Positions 33,401-44,099 of a stretch of DNA of 64,000 bases are shown here, in pieces. Origin of the DNA: Prasinococcaceae sp. CCMP 1430 (lineage: Eukaryota > Plantae > Prasinodermophyta); contig RQSC01000958.1 of assembly GCA_013416795.1 (NCBI GenBank), positions 62,001 through 126,000 of the forward strand. The letters are read 5' to 3'. The notes below the pieces were generated by a model. It worked only from the letters and a program-made list of their open reading frames with translations, ran no database searches and was not told the origin of the DNA. Position numbers and translations under genes: made by a program. The first letter of the stretch is position 1. Every line of letters begins with the position of its first letter.

Positions 33401-33948
33401 CGTGCCGGCTGCGCGCCGCAGCGCGCCGCGCGCCGCGCGACGAGCCCCCGAGCGCCGGGCCGCGCCCCGCGCCCCCGCGCGCGCGCTGTGGCGCCCGCTG
33501 TCACAAGAGTCCCGCACCAAACAGCCCTCGTATCTAGACCCTAGTAATTCCTACCCCATATGCGATTTAGGGTCTGCTAGTTTGGGTCCCGTGTCCCTTT
33601 GACGAAAGTTTCAAAGCGGTCGAAATGGCCTTGCCCGAATGTAGACCCGGAAAACTGACATTGACCCGGGCGGCCTCTGCCTGGCTGGCGAAGATTTGCT
33701 CCGTGCGGACAACTCGTCGAGGGGGGAGGGCGGGGGCATTGGGGCAGACAGCCGCCCTGTGGCGTGGCAGGGGAGCGGGCGAGGGCGACGTGGACGAGCA
33801 CTGGCAGGCGCGCTCGCACTGGCGCCCCCGCGCCCGCGCGCCGGCGAGGTCCCTCACGCGCCGGCGGGCGCGGCGTCGACGTCGCTCGCGCGGGCCAGCT
33901 GCGTGGAGGCGGGTGAGGGCGGTGGGCGCCCACCACAGCGGCAGACCG

Positions 33949-34665
33949 ATGGCGGTGGCGGCGTGCGCCGTGTGCGCCGCGCCCTACGCACGTGTCCGTG
34001 CGCGGGAGAGGCGCGTGGCGCCGCGCGCGGGCCTTCTCGACGGGATCTTCGGCGGCGGTGGTGGCGGCGCGGACGACCGCAGGAAGCGAGAGCGCGACGA
34101 GCAGCTTGCGCTGCAGCGGCAGAAGCTCGAGGAACGGCGCGCGGGCACCTCGCTGCGCGGCTTCCAAGAGCGCCGGGCGAAGATCGCCGCCAGCATGCGA
34201 GCTGAGCGCGAGGAGCGCGCGACGCGCGCAAGCAGGCCCATGGCGGAGTTCCTGAAAGGGCGGGAGGCACCGGCAGACAGAGGGCGCGCAGGAGCGGCGC
34301 CCGGCCGACGGATGTACGATGGCAAGGAGGACGCGCCCACGGGGTTTGGCAACATAATCATCCCACAGATCCCAATAGGCATCGAGAAATGTGCGTGACC
34401 ACGCGGCGTGCGCGGCAGCGCGCTGTGCGGACGCTGTGCGGACGCGCGCTGCGGCAGCTATCTGACGGTTCTGACGCGCCCGCGCGCCCGCGCGTTGGAC
34501 TGGTGCCTTGCAGACGATCGTGGCGATCGCTTCGACCTGGCAGGAAAGTACGTAGACGAGGGGTGGGTTGACGAGGATGCGGGCTCGGGCGGTCTCTTCG
34601 GCGGTCTCTTCGGCGGAGGCAAAGACAAAGGTGACAAGACTGGCAAACGCAAGGGCCGCTCATGA
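33949..34665 (+). CDS. Hypothetical green-lineage protein, probably plastid-targeted; intron 34391-34513
   Basis: Ala/Arg-rich transit-like N-terminus; C-terminal motif IIIPQIPIGIEKYDDRGDRFDLAGKYVDEGWVDED joined across a GTGCGT...TGCAG intron. Confidence 0.7.
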
Positions 34666-34762
34666 AAATGCGCGTGTGGGGGCGCAGGCCGAGGGTCGGC
34701 GTGGGTGCGCGCCTGCCTGCGGCGGTCTCTGAGTCGACTTGTGAGTCGTACTTTGAGAGGCT

Positions 34763-37279
34763 TTAGCAGCTGCGATGAAAATGCGTAAGGCGCGCGCGCA
34801 GGAGCATTTCGTGCCACGCGCTGTCCTCCTCGGACCCCGCCTCGAAGCCGCAGAACCAGTGCGCGGCGCCCGTGACGAGCACGGGGGCGTGTGCGCCGGC
34901 GAGCGCATCTGCGAGGGTGCGCAACACGGGCCCCTCAGCGAGTTGGGCGCGGTGACCGATGCCAGCGCTCGCACTGCCCCCCGCATCGTCGCGGCCTACA
35001 AAGTCGAGCTTGCAAACGCACACGCGCGAGGAGCTTTGTCCGGACTCCTTCGCCCCTCGTGGTAGGCCGCGGTGCTCTGCCATCGTCGCCACGCTGCTCG
35101 CACGCATCGCCGCATACGCAAGCATCGCGTCGTCGAGCCCCCCCGCGTTTCCGAGCGAACGCGCTGCGGCGCCTCCGACGGCGTCGCCACCATTGCCAGC
35201 AGCTGCGCGTGCCTCGATGTCCACTACCAGGGCGTCTCGAAGGATGGATGGCGCGTCCATTGCCTCCGCTCGACGACCTGTGTTGACTACTCCAGTACCC
35301 TCGACGACGCGCACACGCAGCGTGTCCCTGTCCTCCCCTAGCCCCTGCCCTGCTTGGGCCGCGGCGGTTGGGCTGTTGCGCATTTGCTGCCAGCTCGAGT
35401 ACGAGAATGCTGCGCCTGTGCCCGACTGCCACCCTGGCACTTGGACTCCCTGCAGCAGCGACACGTGCATGCCGGAGGGCAGCACCGCACCCATGCCTGG
35501 AATGTCCTCGTGCAAGCCAAGCCCAAGCGGCAGACACGCACCCCTACAGAACGGGAGCGCGCGCATGGGCCCGCTGCCTGGACTGCATCGAGAGAGCGGG
35601 AGCGCCACGCGCACAGGCGCCTGGGGTTTGCCACGCCTGGTAGCCACAGCGTAGCTCTGAAGCGCAAGTGCGAGGCCGAGCAGCGCGGCAGTTTCCATCT
35701 GCTCGTATAGTGGCGGGAACAATGGCACGAGCTCTGCTTGCACGTGGCCGCCATGAGCTGCCTGTTCCCCCGCTACGAGCGCCAGGTTGATGAGCCCGAG
35801 CGTTTGGAGGCCATCGTCTGACAGGGATGTGTTGGAATTGCGAAGCCCATGCGTCGATGCGGGCACTTGCCGCGAGGAAGCGCTTTCGGTGGCGCCATTG
35901 TCGCATTCCAACGGGTCAGGCACGAACCATGCTCCGTGCTCACGAAGCATATACTCCTTGAGAGCATGCGCGCCGCCCTTCGCGCTCCAGCCAAAGCCCA
36001 CCGTCGGGTGGTAAATGTGACCGAGTCCTCCAGGTGCACCTAAGGGATGCATGGGTCCCTCGGGAGTGGCAGCATGAAGGTACCCATCGCCGGGCCGGAA
36101 AAGCTCCTCGATGGTGATCGCCTTCCTTGGTGGCGCGCTGGTCGGGCGTGCGACCAAGCGCCCGCTGCGCCGCGAGCTGCCAAATTGCGAGAAGCGCTGG
36201 GAAAATGAAATCCATTCATCCTGATCCCAGGTACCAGCGGGCGCCACCGCCATGTGGCTGAGGAATGCGCGCAGCAGCGGCAAAGTCCTCCGCGCCCCCC
36301 ACGCTGGAAAGTGAAGGAACCCAACATTCCATCGCCACGCCGCATAATCGTAGCATGCACCGCTCGCAGAACCAGAGGCAGCGGTGTCGCGGTCGGCTGT
36401 GTTGCGCAACACGGTTCTGAAATCGCCCGCAGCCACGGCATTGCGTAGTACTGGTCTGAAGTCGCCCAGCACAGACATATCAGCGTCGAGGAAAGTCATC
36501 GAAATGTTTGATTCCAGCGAGGCCGTCACCGCGCGCCACTTTGCCATCTGCGCTGCGTCAAAACGGGCAGACCTTAGCGCCATGGCCTCGGGCTCGCCCT
36601 GCTTATGTGCCGTCCGGCCACCACCTTCCGCCTCCAGCGCGTATGACACCGCATCGCGCACGAGGCACGGTGGGCAGCGGGCATTACCATCGGGCCAGGC
36701 CGCCTTTGTCGCTGCGAGCAGCTTTGGGTCGGAGGCGAGCGCAACCTCGGACGCTGCATCGAGCAGCACGATGCATAGCAGCGGCGTTGGCGCGCTGGCG
36801 CTCTTTACTGTTGGCGTTGTTGCGTGCCGCCAAGACGCCGCCAGATTGAGTGCGAGACCAAGCGTCCCGACTGAAGACATTGTTGTCAGCACGTGCGAGG
36901 TAGTGTTGAGTGCAGCTCTCGGCACGGATGGCTCATTGATGCACGCAGGGGGTGCAACATCCATGGAAGTTGCCGTGACGACGTCCTGCAGGCCACGATT
37001 GTTGCGTAGTGCATCGAGTGCGGCGGCAACGCTCGGTGAGGCGGGACATCGTTCGAGCGCCGAAGAAGGGGCCTGCTGCCGATGCACCGCCAAATCTGAC
37101 AGCCCCGCCCCTGGTGCGCTGCCACCGCCACCGCGCTCGCCCCTGCTCATCACCACACGTTCCACTACCGTGACGATGACAGTCGGCACGACGGACGCCG
37201 TAGCGATGAACAGCGCGGTCGTGCATACCGTCTGCACGGCCCGCCTCCGTCGCTTCAAATGCGCCCGCGGCCTGGACAT
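34763..37279 (-). CDS. Nucleotide-diphospho-sugar transferase family glycosyltransferase (GT77-like), type II membrane
   Basis: N-terminal TM; KWRAV..L..ISMTFLDADM (DxD); WNVGFLHF; WDQDEW; H...KEYMLREHGAWFV. Confidence 0.75.
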   Translation of the reverse strand: MSRPRAHLKRRRRAVQTVCTTALFIATASVVPTVIVTVVERVVMSRGERGGGGSAPGAGLSDLAVHRQQAPSSALERCPASPSVAAALDALRNNRGLQDVVTATSMDVAPPACINEPSVPRAALNTTSHVLTTMSSVGTLGLALNLAASWRHATTPTVKSASAPTPLLCIVLLDAASEVALASDPKLLAATKAAWPDGNARCPPCLVRDAVSYALEAEGGGRTAHKQGEPEAMALRSARFDAAQMAKWRAVTASLESNISMTFLDADMSVLGDFRPVLRNAVAAGDFRTVLRNTADRDTAASGSASGACYDYAAWRWNVGFLHFPAWGARRTLPLLRAFLSHMAVAPAGTWDQDEWISFSQRFSQFGSSRRSGRLVARPTSAPPRKAITIEELFRPGDGYLHAATPEGPMHPLGAPGGLGHIYHPTVGFGWSAKGGAHALKEYMLREHGAWFVPDPLECDNGATESASSRQVPASTHGLRNSNTSLSDDGLQTLGLINLALVAGEQAAHGGHVQAELVPLFPPLYEQMETAALLGLALALQSYAVATRRGKPQAPVRVALPLSRCSPGSGPMRALPFCRGACLPLGLGLHEDIPGMGAVLPSGMHVSLLQGVQVPGWQSGTGAAFSYSSWQQMRNSPTAAAQAGQGLGEDRDTLRVRVVEGTGVVNTGRRAEAMDAPSILRDALVVDIEARAAAGNGGDAVGGAAARSLGNAGGLDDAMLAYAAMRASSVATMAEHRGLPRGAKESGQSSSRVCVCKLDFVGRDDAGGSASAGIGHRAQLAEGPVLRTLADALAGAHAPVLVTGAAHWFCGFEAGSEEDSAWHEMLLRARLTHFHRSC

Positions 37280-37651
37280 TGACCGCGGCTGGCACGCGCG
37301 CGCCAGCCGAGGGCGCCGGTCGCCTCGCCGCGTGCACGGAGGACCGGGGGGAGGGGGGGGGAAGAGAGAGCAGCGCGGTGCTCGAAATCGCGGCTCGGCG
37401 CCGCAGATGGCCCGTGCCGGCGCCCCCCCACGCGGCGCGGTGTGACGGCGCTCGCACGCGCTGCCTGTCGGCATCGCAACACCCGCAACAATTTCAAAAG
37501 CGTTCATATATCAAAATGAACGTTCAGACAGCAAGTGAAGGACGACTATCAAAATAGCCACTCCTTGCCCGACACAAGGGCCACACAGCGCGCGTGGGCG
37601 GGCGCGCAGCGGCCGGGGGGGCTGCGCGCTCTGCTGTTGCTCGTTGGAGTG

Positions 37652-39940
37652 ATGGCGCGACGCTCGCGGTGCGCGGCCGCGGCCGCGGCGGCGGCCGCGC
37701 TCGCGCTCGCGGCGCTCGCTCCGCGGCACGCAATCCTGTTTGTACAAGCGCTCAACACCCAGCAATCAACGGAGCACACGCAGAAGCGGTGGGCGCCGCG
37801 CGGCGGTAACGCGACGGGACCCTCCAGTGCGGTGTATGGAGTGCTCGACAGCGCACAGATTGCCGTAGTCGGGCGCGGTGCGGCGCGGGCACGGGCGCGA
37901 GCAGCTGGCGGTGGCGATGGTGGTCGCGTGCCGAGCAACAATGTTGCAGCTGCACGCGAGCCGCCATGGGCGAAGCGCTACAGGAGGCTGTGGGGAGAGT
38001 TGCACGCACCGGGCAGTGCAAACGCTGAGTGGCACGCTGCACGCGTAGGATGGCTGGCACAGGAGGTCGACGCGTCGCCGCTCGAGTTCGTGCCGCCGCG
38101 CCCAGAGTATACCGCGGGTCAATTAGACGAGTCAACGGGAAATGCGTCGTACGCCCCGAGGCAGTCTGCCTCCTCCGTCGTCCTAGTGTACGGCCCGCGC
38201 GAGCGGGGTGGCGAGCGGGGCTTTCAGTGGCTGCCCGCAAACGCATCGACGCTCCCGCACTGGTGCGCCAAGAGGAGACTCAACAGCGGTAGCGACATTG
38301 ACGGTCCAGGCAGCGCTGGTGGTAGCACACGCGGAGGGGGCGCGCAACGACTGTCGGAAGAGTCCGCATACGTGCGCGTGCGCGCCAGTGTGGTGCTCGG
38401 CACACCGCACGTCGACCCCGGCGCGCCCAATTACAACCACCTCCTCTCGAATCTGGCGCTGCCGGCTTTTGCAGCGATGCGCGCGCGGGGGCTCCTGACA
38501 AACGCGGTGGCACCCGCAGCCGGCATGCATATCGTCTACATATCAGCAGTTGGGGCAGCAGGCGAAATGCGGGGCACACTGCGCCCGATGTCGCTGCGAC
38601 CTCGCGGTGTTTTCGACGCCGTTTTTAGCGCGGTCCTTGGCACAGGCCTGGGCAAGGGTGGAGAGGCACATGACGACGATAATTCACACGCCATTCGCGG
38701 AGGTGACGACGCAGAGGGCAGCATCGTGTATGCTGACGCGCTGCTCGACTCTCTCGGTGGCGAGGGCTGTGTGGTCATCGACGGTGGCGAGTTCGCTGGG
38801 GGTGCCATGGCACGCAACGACCCCCTGTGGGAGGCTGCCGCGAGGGGCGATACTAGCAGGACGCGCACTGTGATTGCGAGCGTGGCGCAGGAATTTGCCC
38901 GTCGGTGTACGGAGTGGGCGCACGCCATCGTCAGCGCGCACAATCTTCGATCCGAAGGCGCACCTGTGCTTGGTCTGGAGAAAGGTGAGGGAGACGTGCT
39001 CATCATCGATCGCGGCTCTCAGCGACGGACGCAGGCGGGCCGAGGGCGAGCCGCGCGCGCCGCCAATAGCGCTGGCGGTGCCCAAACTGGTTTCGCTGGG
39101 GATGCGGATGACCATGCGCGCATCGGAGGCGCGTCAACGACAATGCTTTTGACAGCGCATGCTGGGCGTCGCTCGCTGCGTGCCGTGCCCAAACATCGCA
39201 CTGCCCGTGTTGACGAGAGGCACGGCACTGCGAGGCGTTTCATCGGCAGTACTAGCAAGGCGAGGGGTGCGCGGGCATTCATGAACCTGCCGTCCTCCTT
39301 GAGCGCACTGCCCCTCGCCGAGATGCGTTCGCGATTGCGCGTCTTTGACCCAGCGACTGGATCCGCGCGGCCGGTAGCGATGCCCGGCGGCGGCGAGGCC
39401 CAGGGTGCGCAAGACATGAACAGAGGTGGCGAATTGGGGGCTCGCGAGCGGGCGAATGGTGCTACCACCGCCGAAGACGTGTCGAGCGTGGCGAGGCGTG
39501 CACTCGCGGCCACGGTTTTAGCCGTGCGGCGCGCGTCCGTGTTGATTGGTGTACATGGTGCTGGTCTGGCAAACACGCTCTTCTTGCGTCCGGGTGCGGT
39601 GGTCGTAGAGCTCGTGCCATTCGGTCTCTGCGAGTGCAACTACTTCGCAGAGAGTATATTTCATTCGATGGCATGGGCTGTGGATGCGACGTACGCGGCG
39701 GTGTGCCTTCGGCGGGAGCACATGTTATACCTGCCTGGCTCCGAGCCGACAACCGAGCAGGTACAAGATCCGTGCACGCATGCACACTGGCCGTTCCTGT
39801 ATGGCGTACTTGGAATCTCGCTCTCTCCCACCGATTGGGAAGGCATCATACGGGACGCGCTGGCCCTAAGCGGCCGCAGGCCATCAAATGACACCGCCAG
39901 CATGAGGCGGCGCGTCCTCATCAATCTTTCAGAAGCGTAA
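37652..39940 (+). CDS. Glycosyltransferase family 61 (DUF563/EOGT/xylosyltransferase-like)
   Basis: Signal anchor; NYNHLL..LALP; VLIIDR; ASVLIGVHGAGLANTLFLRPGAVVVELVPF (GT61 signature). Confidence 0.88.
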   Translation: MARRSRCAAAAAAAAALALAALAPRHAILFVQALNTQQSTEHTQKRWAPRGGNATGPSSAVYGVLDSAQIAVVGRGAARARARAAGGGDGGRVPSNNVAAAREPPWAKRYRRLWGELHAPGSANAEWHAARVGWLAQEVDASPLEFVPPRPEYTAGQLDESTGNASYAPRQSASSVVLVYGPRERGGERGFQWLPANASTLPHWCAKRRLNSGSDIDGPGSAGGSTRGGGAQRLSEESAYVRVRASVVLGTPHVDPGAPNYNHLLSNLALPAFAAMRARGLLTNAVAPAAGMHIVYISAVGAAGEMRGTLRPMSLRPRGVFDAVFSAVLGTGLGKGGEAHDDDNSHAIRGGDDAEGSIVYADALLDSLGGEGCVVIDGGEFAGGAMARNDPLWEAAARGDTSRTRTVIASVAQEFARRCTEWAHAIVSAHNLRSEGAPVLGLEKGEGDVLIIDRGSQRRTQAGRGRAARAANSAGGAQTGFAGDADDHARIGGASTTMLLTAHAGRRSLRAVPKHRTARVDERHGTARRFIGSTSKARGARAFMNLPSSLSALPLAEMRSRLRVFDPATGSARPVAMPGGGEAQGAQDMNRGGELGARERANGATTAEDVSSVARRALAATVLAVRRASVLIGVHGAGLANTLFLRPGAVVVELVPFGLCECNYFAESIFHSMAWAVDATYAAVCLRREHMLYLPGSEPTTEQVQDPCTHAHWPFLYGVLGISLSPTDWEGIIRDALALSGRRPSNDTASMRRRVLINLSEA

Positions 39941-40603
39941 ATGACCAATGCCGTCCGAAGCATGCTGGTGGCCCAGGCTCAGCGGTGCAATGAAGGTGCT
40001 CTGTACAGTATTGTAATGAGGGGTGTTGTACAGGGTCCAATGTGTCGGGGGGAGGTGTCGTGTGTGAGCAGTCTGACACACGCGCGCGGTGCGGCGCACG
40101 GGGCGTGCGGCGCGCGTGTAGGCCGGATGCCAACGCACGCCACCCGGATGATGATCTTCACACATGCACTGGCCGAGCACCTGGCCGATTGCGCGCGATC
40201 CATGATACCATGCATCGCATCACAATCATATCGCGCATATCAGAATGAAAGGGCCACCAAGCAGTCGAAGCTCGAAACTCGAAAAAGGACGTTTGAGTTT
40301 GACCCCATCTGGGACGGGTTCCCCAACGGTCGAGCAGGTGCGCGCTGGGGCCGGCGGGGGCCACACCAGCGCACCGCGCCGCCGCGCCTCACCCTTCACT
40401 GTCACCTCGAGCGCGCCGCCCTCGAGGTGCAGCCGGGGCTCGCCGGGACGGCGGGGGCACGACAGCGCACCGCGCCCTCCCCCTCCCTCCCCACCGCGCC
40501 CCCCAGCCTCGGCCTCCTTCTCACCCAAACAAACACACACACCCAACTGCCACCTCGAGCGTGCGCTCCAGCCGTGCCCTTGGCGCGCGCCTCCGCCTCC
40601 GCG

Positions 40604-42565
40604 ATGGCAGGCGCGGCCGCCGAGGGGCCGTCGGCGGGGCTGCAAGCGGACATGGGCAGGGGCGTTCTCAGGCGCGCAGCAAGTGAGGGCGCGCCCGTGG
40701 CGGTGGGGTCTCAGGGCCGGTGGACGCGCGCCATCGACCTTGTGAACGCCGCGGCGGGTTTCCGCAAGCTCGCCAGTGACCTCGCGAATCGCGAGCGCTT
40801 GGCACGTGCCCTTTCGCGGACGCCGCGCGTCTCCGTGGACGAGAAGCCAGAAGCGGCCACAAACGAGCCATCGGCGCGGCCGCAGTCGTCAGGGTCAGGG
40901 GCGGTGAGGCAGTCAGGGCAGTGGGCGCGCGCGTTCAAACTGGTGCTTGCCGCGGAGGATATTCGCAAGGCGGCGCGCGACCTTGTCGAACGCGAGCGCG
41001 AGGAGCTGCGGCAGCTGCGGAAAGAGAAGCAAAAAGGAAAGGGAGAGGTTTGGAAGGCAGCGGCCAACGACCTCGACGACTCCACAGGCCTGAGCCCGTT
41101 GCACATGGCGTGCAAGGAAGGAGACGCAGAGGCGGTGCAAATTCTCATGAAGAGCGAGGGCGTGAGCCCCAGCGAGCCCGCGTCCGCAGAGCGCGATTCC
41201 ATTTGCCCCCTGCACCTGGCGGCCGCGGGCGGCCACATCAAGTGCGTGGAGGCGCTGCTCGCCGCTGGCGCCGCGCCAGGGGCGACGGACGCACACGGGC
41301 GCACGGCGCTGCACGCGGCGGCGGAGAGGTGTGGCGCACATGCCGACGCTACTGCTTTCACGAGCGCCCACACGCCACGAGCGCGCCCGACACGCATGGA
41401 CTCAGGCTTCGACACGGCAAGCATAGCGAGCACGCCGAAAGCGACCACATCCAGCGCGGGCGCTGGCCTCAGCGCGCGGTGCGTGCAAGCAGCAGAGATG
41501 ATACTGAAGACGGCCGCCAAGGAGTCGCAGGAGGCGTCCGCAACGCTCGCGCGGGCGGCGACCTCCGACAGGGCGGGCAGGCGGACGGCCATGCACGAGG
41601 CAGCGCGCAACGGCTGTGAGCCGATGGTGAGGCTACTCGCGAGTGCTGTCAGGGGCGCGAGTTCGGGCGCGAGCGCGGACGGTAGCGACGACGCGGACGC
41701 GGGCGCAAGTGCCGCACTGCTCGGGGTAGGCGACGCGCGCGGGCGTACACCGCTGCATGACGCAGCGCGCAAGGGCCACGCAGCCGCCGTGGCAGCGCTC
41801 GTCGAGCTGGGCGCGCCGCTGGGCGCACGAGACGACCCGGGTGACAACGTGCTGCACTTGGCCGCCGCGGCCGGGATGGTGAGGCCACTGCGCGGGGCTA
41901 TCGAGCGCAGGGCCGCGCGCGCCGTCGTCGACGACGGCGCGGCTGCGTCCAACAAGGGCAGCGCCGCGGCGGAGGCGGATTGGAGCAGCGGCGGAGGCGA
42001 GCAGGTGAGCGACGGTGGCGGCGGCATGAAGGGACGCGGCGCCGAAGCGGTGCTCTCCGCTGCTGCGGGTGCCGCGTGCGCGCTGGGCGCTGATGGTGCC
42101 ACACCACTGCACATCGCGGTTGTGGCCGGCGACGTGCAAGCTGCCGAGGACCTTGTCGTGCTGGGCGGTCTCGGCGCGTTGGTTGTCCCGGACACGAATA
42201 ACCGCACGCCAAATGAACTCGCAAAGGAGCTCGCGCGTTCGCACGCATGCACACGCGTGACCGACCCCGCACGCGCTCGCAGGCTTGAGGTCGCGGACCG
42301 AGCCATCGAGGTGCACCGCGCGCTCGTGGAGCACCGCATGCGCTTCGCGCGCGCGATTGCCGCCGGCAGGGATGGAGGAGAAGATGAATCGCCTACAAGC
42401 TATCCATCACCTACACGCCGATTGACGCTTGGCTCCGGCGTGACCCGCAGTTTGGGGTTGACGACGCGCGGCTCCGGCGTGACCGGCAGTTTCGGGGGCA
42501 GCGTGTCCAGCTCTGTCCTGCTTGGCGCGCGCGCGAAGGAGAAGCTCGGTAAGCTCGCCATGTAA
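40604..42565 (+). CDS. Ankyrin-repeat protein
   Basis: Repeated G.TPLH.AA motifs (GLSPLHMAC, ICPLHLAAAGGH, GRTALHAAA, GRTPLHDAARKGH, GATPLHIAV). Confidence 0.93.
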   Translation: MAGAAAEGPSAGLQADMGRGVLRRAASEGAPVAVGSQGRWTRAIDLVNAAAGFRKLASDLANRERLARALSRTPRVSVDEKPEAATNEPSARPQSSGSGAVRQSGQWARAFKLVLAAEDIRKAARDLVEREREELRQLRKEKQKGKGEVWKAAANDLDDSTGLSPLHMACKEGDAEAVQILMKSEGVSPSEPASAERDSICPLHLAAAGGHIKCVEALLAAGAAPGATDAHGRTALHAAAERCGAHADATAFTSAHTPRARPTRMDSGFDTASIASTPKATTSSAGAGLSARCVQAAEMILKTAAKESQEASATLARAATSDRAGRRTAMHEAARNGCEPMVRLLASAVRGASSGASADGSDDADAGASAALLGVGDARGRTPLHDAARKGHAAAVAALVELGAPLGARDDPGDNVLHLAAAAGMVRPLRGAIERRAARAVVDDGAAASNKGSAAAEADWSSGGGEQVSDGGGGMKGRGAEAVLSAAAGAACALGADGATPLHIAVVAGDVQAAEDLVVLGGLGALVVPDTNNRTPNELAKELARSHACTRVTDPARARRLEVADRAIEVHRALVEHRMRFARAIAAGRDGGEDESPTSYPSPTRRLTLGSGVTRSLGLTTRGSGVTGSFGGSVSSSVLLGARAKEKLGKLAM

Positions 42566-42744
42566 GGCGTTGCACGCGCTCTGCGTTGAGCGAGGTGGCG
42601 CGCCGCTCAATGGTGTACAGGCGCGCGCTCGGTACCATACCTGTGGTGTGTATACATCTATTGTACATTGTCTACAGCACAATTCTGCGTGCTCGAGCTG
42701 CGTGAGTGGCGGTGCGGCCACCCCAGCGCTCGTGCGCGCCTCCC

Positions 42745-43860
42745 TTAGCGGCGCAGGCGCTTCAGCTTAGGCTGCTGCAGCTGCTGCGCGGTCGCTGAGG
42801 CAGCGCCCTCGGCATCGCGCGTGCTGGCGATACCGCCGATCGTGCGCGAGGATATGCTGACCTTGCCGCTGCGTAGGCGTGCGCGCAAGTGGCACCTGGT
42901 CAGATGCGCCCTCGTGAGTGGGAGCGGGGCTTCGTGCGTGCGCGCATGCGAGCACCCGCCGCACAGCCCTGCTCGCGGCCGCGTCCAACGCACCTCAGCG
43001 CCCCCATGCCGGCCGGCCCCGTCCCAGCAGCGACCACACACCGGCGCTCGTCGGCCGCGCGCGCGACGCGCGCGGCCTCGGTGCGCATGCGCTCGCACGC
43101 GCGCGGCCGCACGCCTAGGCATGCGCCCAGCAGCGCGCACGCCTCGCGCGGCGTGCGCACTTCGCGAGGATCGCGAGCGCCAGCCACGAGGGCGATGCCA
43201 CGCCGGCCGCCGCGCGTCGCCCAGAGCAGAGCGCGCGCGTTCGCGACGAACGCACGGCGCGCGGCTGACGGCGGCCGCACGAGCGGCGCGTATGGTAGCT
43301 CGAAGACGACGCCGCGTGCCACGGCGGCTGACACACGCTCCCTGCGGCCCACGCATGCACATGAGAGAGGGAGGAGTCGTCGACATCAGCCGGCGGAGCG
43401 CACAAGCACGCGAACGCGCACGCTCACGGGCAGGCGAGCAGCAGTGGGCGCACGCGCACCTCTTGAGCGCGAACGGCATCTTGCCCTCGACGTGTGCCTC
43501 GATCGAGATGGTGTCGATGGCCGCCGCTGCGCACGCGTGCTCGAATTCGCGCTCGCTCGCAGGAGCTGCGGCGACGCACACATGTACGCCGTGGCGCGAC
43601 GTCGAGCCGTCGCGCGCGCGTGCGGCGGCAGCGGCGCAGCGCGTGGCAAGCGCGCCCGCCACGCCGCCACCCGCGACTTCCACGCGCACCACGCCCGCCC
43701 CTGGCGCCGCGCCGCCACCCCCGTCCTTGCCTTCGCTCGCGAGCACGCCCGCAGCACGCACTGAGCACCAGCCAGCGTTTGCCGCGGCCGCCGCTACGCC
43801 CTCAGCCACACGCTCGCCTGCCGCGGTTGCAGCGGGCGCGAGGTCCACCCACGGTGCCAT
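42745..43860 (-). CDS. RPP30: RNase P/MRP subunit p30; introns 43342-43459 and 42869-42993
   Basis: PASEREFEHAC..IDTISI..KMPFALKR|..AVARGVVFELPYAPLV..RRAFVANA..L..GIALVAGARDP.EVRTP. Canonical introns keep the frame. Confidence 0.85.
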   Translation of the reverse strand: MAPWVDLAPAATAAGERVAEGVAAAAANAGWCSVRAAGVLASEGKDGGGGAAPGAGVVRVEVAGGGVAGALATRCAAAAARARDGSTSRHGVHVCVAAAPASEREFEHACAAAAIDTISIEAHVEGKMPFALKRCACAHCCSPARERARSRACALRRLMSTTPPSLMCMRGPQGACVSRRGTRRRLRATIRAARAAAVSRAPCVRRERARSALGDARRPAWHRPRGWRSRSSRSAHAARGVRAAGRMPRRAAARVRAHAHRGRARRARGRRAPVCGRCWDGAGRHGGAEVRWTRPRAGLCGGCSHARTHEAPLPLTRAHLTRCHLRARLRSGKVSISSRTIGGIASTRDAEGAASATAQQLQQPKLKRLRR

Positions 43861-44099
43861 CGCCGACGCGTCGCCCTCAGACGTCACAGCGCGCCGGAGG
43901 AGGGGCAGCCGAGCGTCCGTCAACGCGCGGTCCGCCAGCGCGCGCGCGTGTGGTGCGCTCCGCGCGATCGCGGGCGCGCCAAAACGCGCGCGCCGTGCGC
44001 CCCGTGGCTGAGCCCGCAGCGCCGCGCCGCGCCGCGCCGCACCGCGCTGCGCCACACCACACATTACTCCGGCGCGGCAGACACCCCTCGTCAGACACG

